Positions 54,066-64,000 of a stretch of DNA of 64,000 bases are shown piece by piece. The position numbers were made by a program, and so were the translations under genes. The notes beneath the pieces were generated by a model. The model saw nothing but the letters and a program-made list of their open reading frames with translations. It was not told where the DNA came from and did no database searches. How positions within the stretch are numbered: the first letter of the stretch is position 1; each line of letters begins with the position of its first letter. The stretch comes from Rotaria socialis (lineage: Eukaryota), in NCBI GenBank assembly GCA_905331295.1, contig CAJNYD010000293.1:1-64000 (forward strand), read 5' to 3'.

Positions 54066-55060
54066 ACAGGTAGTTTTATCGATGTCGAAACGATATATTC
54101 TATAGAAAACGGCAGCATACAAATTGCCGTTCTGGTCCAAGCGAATAGATCGTCATTTATCAAAATTCAGATTGTTTTTTCCTATAACTACGCCCTCCTT
54201 AGCACCAACAATACAACGAACAATGTGATGGTTTCCATTCTCTGAAATATAAAGTGCACCTTTGTCGTCAACAATATCTGAGTCAGGGTCAGTCAGATGA
54301 GCTAAGTCAGAGCTTTGCCATTCTTGTCCACCAGCAACCACATCTGCATCATCATTGCCTAGCGCATACTTCAGTAATCGATTGTTGCCGGAATCAGCGA
54401 CATAGAGATTTCCAGTACAGAATAGAAACATATTTGCTCGCGAATTTCGGTGGAAACTTACCACCAGCTTTTCTCATAAATGTGGTGATATTTTTGTTTC
54501 CTTGACACGTAAATTTGAATATTTCATTCTTATTTGTTGTGAACAACAAATCACGAGGTCCATCAAAAAATATTTGCCTGCAATCGACACCACCAATAAG
54601 AGTCTCATCAGACAATGTATTTCGAGGCCAAAGCTGAATACACTGATTATCGCTGTCACAGATGGTTCGATCTCCATCATTGTTTAAGACAGTGTCGGAT
54701 CCAGAAAATCTGTTAGGGAGTGGCGCTCCTGGCCAAAAAACAGTTTTTCAAGTCTAGTTGAGGCAGAACGACTATTTTCTGTTGCATTTCTGCTGGGGAA
54801 AATCGAAAAAAATTTCTTAAGGGGTGTGGCGATCGCCGGATAGCCTAACTGGTAGATCCGCCACTGGTTTAAGAGGATACCACTTGGACGATTCAGTTGA
54901 TCTAGCCTCGATTCAGCTCCTCTGTTACCTGCCACTTGCGAACCAATCGTGGCATTCTGCGACCTACGAAAAGTCAAATATCTTTATTCCCAAAACAGCT
55001 GATAGAGCTTTTCATTTTTTCACAGATTAACAGTATCTTTATCTACAATGGATGCTCATA
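54066..55060 (-). pseudogene. NHL-repeat protein pseudogene disrupted by a MITE and a stop codon
   Basis: NHL-type segments QVAGNRGAESRLDQLNRPSGIL, GNLYVADSGNNRLLKY, VDDKGALYISENGNHHIVR and RSIRLDQNGNLY. In-frame TGA at 54153-54155; MITE insertion at 54690-54866. 5' limit is uncertain. Confidence 0.8.
54690..54866. mobile_element. hAT-type MITE inserted in the NHL coding sequence
   Basis: TIRs CAGTGTCGGATC / GATCCGCCACTG; perfect 8-bp TSD GTTTAAGA at 54682-54689 and 54867-54874. Confidence 0.9.
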
Positions 55061-57921
55061 AGAAGAGATAACCGCGTGATCGAACAAATTCTTCAATTAA
55101 CAATTAGCCTGTTTTCGTTACATATTTACATCTTTTCTTGAAATGCATCAAATAGTTTGAATCTTCTCTCCCATTTCACTCTTACCACCTACTTTACATG
55201 TATGGAGGGGAATAAAGCTACTTTTGTGACACTAAGTGGAATCAAGACAAAGGCAGCGTATCGAAAAAGTGTGTAAAATTCTACACTATAACATTAATGT
55301 TAAGTAAAATACTTTCTCTGGCTGTAATATGGCACAAGTCGGCATGTATTCGGTACTAAAATTTAATTTAGTATTCATCCATAGATTTGCTGGTCGTTTT
55401 CCAAGACAACACCATAGTTCTGTTTATAATAACTCAAAGATAAATAACATTGTGTAAAGTAGAGAATCGCAATATCCAACATCTTGTTCTATTTGTATCA
55501 TTCATTTGGAAAATATTGAATTGGTTTCATGTTTCCAACTTTGTACAAGTGCTTACAAACTGGCGGGCTATGATAGTTTAGTGAGTTATGTGAGAAACAA
55601 AAGATTTGAATCAATGAAAATTCATAACAATAATTGACTTTTGCAAGTTTATAGTCTTGATTTTTGAGTTTTAATGATAGCTCATTAAAGTACGACCCTT
55701 CATTTAGTGAAAAACCATCAAAGTCATACTTTTATTGTCTCTTCGTTGCTTAATTACATCATCGAGAAGTCTTGGTACTTGGTAAAAAAAAAGAGAACTT
55801 CTTCAGAATATGATTTTCCAAGAGTACCCGAACGTTTGAATGTTAAAAGCAAAAATAATATCGAAATCATCTAGGGAGAGGTACTTAACTGTCGAAACGA
55901 AATTTTCAATTCTTCAACTAAGGAACCTTTCATTATGTTTAACAATTTTATACGAAAACTACTCTTTTCCTTTTTGGTCAAAATTGATGAGCTTAATCTC
56001 GACGAGATAAACAATCCCACGTATTATGTACTTGCTATCAAATTTTTCATGAATTTCTTTTATTCAGGAAGATACATAGTTAGAGCAATGAAAGTCTTTG
56101 ATCTTAAATTCAATAGCCAATTTAGGTAAAAACTCTCTGTTGATCGAGTCAACGATGCTCTCACATTGGCACTCTCGAAAATTTTCAATGAGAAGGGCAG
56201 AATTTTTAAGTATTCGGACAAGGTAGGCAATACTTGTGAAAGTAAGTGTCAAAACATATCGGAAATAAGGAACTTATCATTTGAAAATACAGTGATTATC
56301 TGTATTGGCGACATATATATCTTGCTTGCCGTGAAAGATAAAATCTAGTGGATACAATAGCCTGGCCAAATCAAATAAAGCACCACTCCGTCGTCCAACT
56401 ACGATTCTTGAAGAGTTTCATTTTGTGTCTTTGCAGATTTGAATTTCAGATTCTGGCTCTGTAAATAAAAATAATTGGAAATTGCGCTAACTGCCGTGAC
56501 AAACTAAAATTCTAAGAAGTTCAATTGATGATGTCAAAAAAATAGCTCCAGCAAGATTGGCAGTTGCTAAATGAACTCCCATCTTGCGTATCTGAGCTTC
56601 GAACTATGTCCGATTATATCTAACTATCAACTATCTGAACAATCTTAACTCAAGAAAAACAAAACTAACGAGAAAATAATTAATCTTACCGTTAGAGAAT
56701 ATCACTTCTGACCGCTGCGCTCTACCTAAGTATCATGCAACGAGTAGAAAAAATTTTAAACACTTTAGGCGATTACTTCGCTACGATACTGGATGAAGAA
56801 AACGAAAGAAAATAAATGTAAATATATTTAGTATTAACTCTGCACATCGCCAACGATATGTTCAGATTTGATTTTAAGTGTACTATAAGTATATGGGCTA
56901 AAACTGATGAGAAATTTTTGGAAAATTCTAGTCTAATTCAATAAAAAAACTAGCATATCTCCAAGGAATGCCAAATTTTTAGGTGGTGATGATGGACAGA
57001 CAGCCAGATTTGCTAATGCAATTGGATAACGTAGATGTTGGTTGCTACAGCGATGATCTAGTACACAAATCGTTTCTGGCCGCTTGCAAGTAACACGAAG
57101 GTTCTCATAGTTCATTTATCTGAGAAAGCTCGCTCTCGCGAATATTTATTACGACTGTGGCTTTCAATTATGTTTGCAGACAAATGGTCATATTTCTCCA
57201 CGGTATACAGTAGTTACAGCTTGTATTTTATTCACAGTTATCTTATCAAATAAATGTACTGATATATGATTGAAGAGCTCACTTGTGAATCGTTTAGGAA
57301 ACTGCCATTGGTTAATTTATGTCAGTAGATTTTCTTGAACTCTCTCTAACGCAAACTATCATAGATGGGTGTAAATGTGACTCTAGGTTATGATACAAAC
57401 CTTCACCTATAGCATCAATCTATTAAATAAAGATTTTCTTCTCGCAGAAAATTAAGAAATTTGCCAATGAAAAAACATGCAGGATAAATAGTGTCACGCC
57501 ATATACTGCTGTTCTAATGTTTTGGGGACTTTTTTTAACAAGTCTTCTTTCTCTTGAGGTGCGTTATCATCAAATGGAGATTCGATGACAACAATCAATT
57601 CGGCGAAATAGACTACTTTAGTATCATCACATTGGAAAAATTGAGAACTACTATTCAATTCATGAACTAGTTTTTCGTCAAAATCAAATCCAATCTCTTT
57701 CTCGTCATCAGCATCTAGATTAATGCCATGCTAAATTTCATTAATTTATTTCCTAGAAAAAAAAACCCAATCTTCATTATCTGTAAGATTATTTATCTCA
57801 TCACTAAAAAGCACGCATCATAAAAAGTAGTCGTGCTAGAAAATGTTCGGTTTTTTTTATTGGACTCTATTTTTCTTCTACAAAAATCAATAACAAAATG
57901 AAAAACAACATGTCTTCTTGT

Positions 57922-58128
57922 TTAACCAATAGGAAGTAAATTGATCAATGAAAATTCAGGTGTTCCTGGATCTGGCCCGAGTTTAAAACCCAAATAGATA
58001 ACAAGTGGAACAAAACCAAAATAAATTGCATGTGGACTATAACCTAGTACTGATTGAAGACGTCGTTTTATGTCATCTGTTGACTTTTTCCCTGTTCGAG
58101 ACGATGCATTAGGTTGTATCGAGAACAT
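57922..58128 (-). CDS. TOMM7: Mitochondrial import receptor subunit Tom7
   Basis: 68 aa from the ATG at 58128: ...HAIYFGFVPLVIYLGFKLGPDPGTPEFSLINLLP, matching the Tom7 motif (W/F)GF(I/V)PL(V/I)(I/L)YLGF..G.DPG.PE. Confidence 0.9.
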   Translation of the reverse strand: MFSIQPNASSRTGKKSTDDIKRRLQSVLGYSPHAIYFGFVPLVIYLGFKLGPDPGTPEFSLINLLPIG

Positions 58129-58339
58129 GATCTTCTTAAATCTACAAAACAAAATTGAGTTTCTTGTATGTTTGTACAATTTTTTTCAAGTCACATAAAA
58201 TTAGTTTATTGCAGCTGTTTCCTTGATTACGCATGATGTCATAATCGAAATTCTCTTCCGTTACATAGATATGTATCTTCTTCAGATTATTCAAATAAAA
58301 GACAGATAAAATCTCACTATTTTTTGGATTCTCTTGATT

Positions 58340-59608
58340 TTTTTATTCCAACAAAAAAAAAAGAAGAAGAAGAAATAGATAGTAATAGTTCAGCACAACA
58401 AAAAAAAGTACGATTTAAAAAAATGACAACAATCAATCATGGATCATGAAGCGAGAGGCTAAAGAAAAACCAACGAATATGTGTAATATAAAAAAAAAAG
58501 GAAATAAGACAAGAAGAGAAAAAAAAAGAGAGAAAGAGAAGTATAAGAAAGGTTCCACAAACATACACATAGACACATACAAATGTTTAGTTAATAGAAG
58601 AAGATCTGCGCGCCAGATTGCCTGTTTTATTTGAAGGTACAAAATATGTATAGAGCAACGACACCGGAAAGCTGTGCTCTTTCTCAAAATGATGTTTCTT
58701 TTTCTTTTCACGGCATGAAAACGATGATAGTGATGATACGATAAAAAATAAATAAACAAAAAATATAATCGAATATCAAAAGAGGAAAAGAAAAAAGAAT
58801 GTATTGATGACGAACAGGTTAAAGAAAATGACAACAGCAGTAACAACAATGATAACAACAACAACAACAACAATAACGAGAGAATGCTGCCCACCAAATA
58901 GAAATGACCAAACGAAAGCTGAGATGAATGAATAGAGAGAAAAATCATACAAAATAAAACTTGTGTACAAAATAAACGGAAACACAAAGAATGATATAAG
59001 AACAAACAAACAAAAAAAATCATCAAGTGATTTTTAATTTTTTTTTCTTCATAGAGAAAACAATAGTCCAACGTATCATCATTCACCCGTTATACAAGCA
59101 CAAACAATCATCGAATCTATATGAAATAATCTTTCAGAAAACAACAAGCCACCATACATTATATTCGACTTTAAAGTCTCAATATATGTAGAAAGATTGC
59201 ACAAAACAAAACAAAAAACGAGTAAATATACGCTATGGTTTTTTTAAAGTAATTATCAGAAAGAAAAAGAAATGTACGAGATCATCCAACAAGTTATCCC
59301 CCACGATGAAAGAGATGAAATAAAAGACTAACAACATTCATATCCAAAAAATGCGCTAAGTCTTACACAAACAAAAAGAAAAACATAAGCGCAAATGTTC
59401 ACAAGATAGGAAAAAGAAAAGAAAAGAAAAGAAAAGAAAAAAGAAATTTACACAAAACAGGAGTAGAAAAATGATGTGATACAACATAGGAAAATAAACA
59501 AAGCAAAAAAAAAGAGAAAAAAAACAACAACAATCATGATAATCAAATAACAACATTGACACAAAAAAATGTGATCATCTAATTCTTTTTTTTCCTTCTT
59601 TCTTCCAT
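58340..59608 (-). promoter_or_regulatory. Long U-rich 3' UTR of the CPEB gene with CPE-like motifs and candidate poly(A) signal
   Basis: Strongly T-rich on the minus strand from the stop codon to ~58350; several TTTTAT motifs; AATAAA at 58342-58347 (minus). Confidence 0.6.
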
Positions 59609-62600
59609 TTACCAACGAAATGGTAATGCACGTGGCCGATCAGCGCCTTCTTTTACCAATGGTTTATGATATTCTCGACCTGCGCGTGCATGAATTGATG
59701 CCCAGCATGTTTCACAATAATATTGTAAACATGTTACATTGGCACAAAAGAATGGAGCAAATTTTCCACCACAGCGTGCACCAGCACATTCATCACATAA
59801 TTGATCATCAAGAACATATGGTTTAACTTCAACCTAAATAAATCATTTTTATTTGTCAATTACCCTTAAAAACAAGGAGAGTCCAACACATATTTCTAGT
59901 AAATTGTTAGAATTTTTACTACGATGGTTTAGAGCATCGTTCACAAAGTTTTGATCATAGTAAAAATCTGACATCGGAAGTTTCAATTAAAATTTTGTAC
60001 AAACATAGACGTTAACAACAGTAGTAATTTATTATCAAAGCTTCGGATATTTGATTTACTTATATCCGGAAATAAGAACACCCACCCACCGACATGTATG
60101 AGCAAGGTAAAAGTCACGCTTTTAGTATAACTCTATTTTAGGATAGGGATCATTAAAATAAGTAAAAGATTGACAATCAACTTTTCTTTCTAGGGCGTGT
60201 CGTTGTAGGAAATTTCATTTCATGTATTTATCTAAGCAGATATAATATTGTATGAATCCCACTGTCACGTGTTCGACTGATGGGAACAAAGTAAAAATAT
60301 TAGTTTAATGAAAAAATCTATTTTCAGACTATGTATTCATAAATCCCTACTGTAATGACTTTCTCTAACAAAATCGAATGTATTTTTCTTCAATATATAA
60401 AATAACCGTCAGAAAAGAAAGAAAAACTTACTCGTTTATCAATTTCTCCATGTTGTAATTGTACGAAACGAGCTGATATTGCAGCAATATAACTTTGTTG
60501 ATTTGAAAAAGCAACACGACCGGCACCTTTCGGATATTTTAATTCCGGATCAGTATCAATACCTGCGTAACAAACACCACCATATAATCGATCCATAATC
60601 ATTGCTAATTCAACTAGAAAAACAAACAATGAAATATGAATAATCGATTCACGATTGATTTTTCTCCTACCTGCACGTAATGGTCGAGGTACACCACCAA
60701 CAAATATCGTTTTTCTTGGATCAAGTGGTTGAGAACCATCCATAACAAAGTCAGAATCAGCTAAAAGCCATGGACGTATTTGTACAGCTTTATCTTTCAT
60801 ACTCGGACTTGACACACACATGTAAAGTTTAGAATCATCAATAACACATTCATCAATTATTTCTTGTACAGAACGTTCGTATGTAAAGATTAAAAATGCG
60901 TAACCTTTAGGTGGAAAGTAAGATTTGCTTTCTTGTTTATGTGGCCAATCAACAACCAATGGACCAAATCGTTGGAAATGTGTAATAATTTCCTCTATTA
61001 AAACCAAAATTAAATTAAAGACAAAAACAAAACCAACAATTACCTTCATCAATATCTGGTGGTAAGCCACCAACAAAAACTTTACGTGAAAAACGTTCTT
61101 CTTTATTCATATCTATTGGTAATCCACGTGGCGAACCAAATAAACCCATTGATGATGATGATGGACCGCCAGCTGATATTAAACTTTCTGTATCAAGAAT
61201 ACTTCCCATGCCACTATCATCACTATACACACGTTTAACACCATCTGATGAAACATTTCGCATCATATCCATGATTTGTTGCAATGAATTCATGTCATAT
61301 GTATCATTGGACTGTAAAAATAATTTAATAAAAAACAAATAAAAAAGATGTTTAGCTTTCCTTACATTCATCGATGGAAAGTTTTGCTCCATATCATTTC
61401 CATTGATGATATGAGGTGGTGGCGGAGGTGGTGACTGTTTATTTTGTCCTTGAATAAAATTTGTCATAGCAGGTGCACGTTGAAGTGTATTTGATAATGA
61501 TGAACCTAATTGTGTTTGAATGTTGTTATTATGATTATTATTAAATTTATTTTGATTTGCTGATGATTGAAGAAATGGAAAATAATTATTTTGAGCTGAT
61601 AATGATGAAGATTTTTTATTTTGTGACATTGGAATATTTCCATTGCCAAGCATTAATGTTTGATTTATATTATTGTTATTTGTTGTATTGCTGTTACCCA
61701 TTGGATTTGATAATGTTGGAACAGGACGACGAGATCTACCGAAAGATAAATTTATAAATTAAAATAAAAAATAAATAAAACCTATAAACGAAATCTTACG
61801 ATGTAGCTGGAAATCCATGTGGGATAGATGTATTATTCCATGATGGTGATGGTGGTTGTTGTTGTTGCATGTGTGGTGGTGGCATTGATAAATTTGTTTG
61901 TGAACCAATAAGTGGAGATTGACTGTTCCATAATGGCGATGGAATTGCTGTACGTCCATTCATTGGAAGTGCTGCTTGAGTAGATGAAGCTGACATGCCA
62001 TTACGAATTGATTGTGATGAAAAATTATGTGATGCAGTTATTGGTCTCCTCTGTATTGCCTATGAGAAAGAAAGGAAAATTGTAATTACAAAACAGAAAG
62101 ATAGACTGATAGTACTTGTTGATAAGAAACTTGTTGTTGCTGTTGTTGTTGTTGTTGTTGTTGTTGCATGGCCATAAGTGGTGGTGGTGGTGTCGTTTGT
62201 GGTGAAAACATTCGACCACTATTGTGTACATCAAATGGATGATCACCGGAGGCACCACTCAATGGGTCAATAACATTACTCCATGATGAACCTTGGTATG
62301 TGGCCTGAAGATCAGGAAGTACACCATTTTGATAATTTGTTGATATTAATTTTCCATCATTCATCATTCCATTTCCATTAGCATTCATTTGTTGCTGGTG
62401 ATCGTTACCATTAACTGGAACTGGTGATGATGACGATGTTGGCGTTGTTGATGTACTATTGCCTGTATTAGCATTCAGTGCAAGTTTTGCGATCGAACTT
62501 TCGGTACTCATTGGATTATAAGAACACCAACTCGATGAGAGGAAAGACCTGAAAGTAATTTTGAAAATAAATAAATAAATAGAAAACATTTGATATCAAT

Positions 62601-62707
62601 AAAAAAAAAGAAACAATTAGTCAATCATGCTTTATTGAATTTAAAAGAAAATACCTGGTAGAAATCGTCGGTGATGCGGCTGAAGAAGCCGTTACCAACG
62701 AATACAT
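59609..62707 (-). CDS. CPEB2-4/orb2-like: Cytoplasmic polyadenylation element-binding protein, CPEB2-4/Orb2 subfamily
   Basis: Q/N/P-rich N-terminus; RRM1 ERFSRKVFVGGLPPDIDE...FGPLVVDWPHKQESKSYFPPKGYAFL; RRM2 LDPRKTIFVGGVPRPLRA...YAGIDTDPELKYPKGAGRVAFSNQQSYIAAISARF; ZZ domain FFCANVTCLQYYCETCWASIH; C-terminus KEGADRPRALPFRW*. The start at 62707 is predicted from an in-frame short first exon. Confidence 0.95.
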
Positions 62708-64000
62708 TTTAATAAGATATGTAATTAAATAAAAAGAAATGGCTCTTCTAGAAAAAGATCACTGATGGAAAATGATTTTCATTAAATCAATGTGGCGCGT
62801 TGTGTTATATTGCTAATGCACTTCTTCGTTTCCTTTTTTTTTACTGTTTCACGTTACTAAGAAGGTCACGAATGATTATTTTAAGTTAAGACAAAATCTG
62901 ACAACAAAGTGAGAAATCATTTCGGCCGACATACACGACGACAAATAACATAGTCTTGTGCATATGTATGTATGCACGCTACACAATCATAAGAGAGTGA
63001 AAGAGAGCGATTGAACTACGACGACAACATTTGTTTGCACACGCGTCTCGTCGACGGTTTTTTTCCTTCTGAGCACAAGAAAAAAAAGATGGTCTCCTAT
63101 GAATGACAAAAGAATCGAAAGAGAAATGGTTGTTGAGCTTGCGTACAACACTGATGACCTAGCCTCATTCACTACATATATATATATATATATAGGATCG
63201 AGTTGCAGAGAAACGCATACTATTGATGTTGATAATCGTCTTCCTTTCATTGTCTCTTCTTTTCTATCCGTTGCTTTTCAATCAGCAGCACACGACGATA
63301 TTTCCTATTTTGTTTGTATGTGCACTATCGCACTTCATTTGATGCCACCATCACCGGCGCTCGGGACTTCACAGAATGAATTGTCTCTTTTAGTCTCTCT
63401 TCGTGTCATTTAGTTTCTATTTATGCACATAAAATATTCAGAAGAAAAAATTAATGATGTAGGCATACACATAAACGCAAATACATAAAAAGAACAAAGC
63501 AGTGAACTATCAGCTGTTAGTAAAAATTGTTCTCCGCTGAGTGTTATAGTGAAAGCGACACACGATGTAACCATCTGTTCAATTTATGCTAAGATAATTT
63601 ATTCTGTCTACCTGTATTTCTACTTATATATTCTTTTTTTTCTTCTCTAGTTTGAATTTATTGAAAACTAATACTTTAACACATATTTCCCGCGTATTTA
63701 TAATAATGATGGTGAGGTAAAAAAATAAATAAAATGACTCGTGCTGATTAATGTATTCAAATATTTGCATTAGAAAAATAAAACAGGTGTTTACATTCAA
63801 TTAAATGCAAAATATTTCCATGCCTGAAAATTTCTCTTAGCTATTTAGATAAATAATGAATTACCTTTTATATTGAAATTGATAAAAGATTGACTACAAA
63901 TAGAGATCGTTAGCTAACGAGTGAAACAGGCACATCAAAATAAAAAATAATTCAATCTAAAAACATAGAAAAAAGAACATTATTAACAAATCCTTTTTCC

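Noticed and set aside
58433..59562. Long hydrophobic Phe/Leu-rich ORFs resembling membrane proteins
   Set aside because: Low-complexity translations of the U-rich CPEB 3' UTR.

Overview
AT-rich, intron-dense eukaryotic DNA with many ~50-60 bp introns. It most likely comes from a bdelloid rotifer, inferred from intron style, an NHL-repeat relic, a p40-type sHSP relic and the repeat types. Nine apparently intact protein genes are visible. Eight are on the minus strand: PSMB3, V-ATPase subunit d, exocyst Sec3/EXOC1, an unusual tetraspanin, a protocadherin, an ABCB/P-glycoprotein, a ROR-like receptor (pseudo)kinase and a CPEB2-4/Orb2-type gene. A small Tom7 gene is also on the minus strand. The one plus-strand gene is an intronless gamma-glutamyl cyclotransferase fused to a cytochrome b5/MAPR-like domain. 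The window also holds three pseudogenes (sHSP, tetraspanin, NHL repeat), a solitary 5S rRNA gene, a 38-N gap and several non-autonomous transposons: three hAT-type MITEs with 8-bp TSDs, two copies of a DINE-1/HINE-like element, a long-TIR MITE and a nested foldback element. The main leads are: (1) an operon-like EXOC1-ATP6V0D-PSMB3 cluster, and a CPEB-Tom7 pair, with apparently unpaired splice acceptors just before the ATGs, suggesting SL trans-spliced polycistrons; (2) the GGCT-b5 fusion; (3) a tetraspanin with a mucin-like insert and convertase-type sites in EC2; (4) head-to-head telomere-like hexamers inside a nested MITE; (5) a kringle-less ROR with a degenerate catalytic core. Exon boundaries were read by eye and are approximate where stated.
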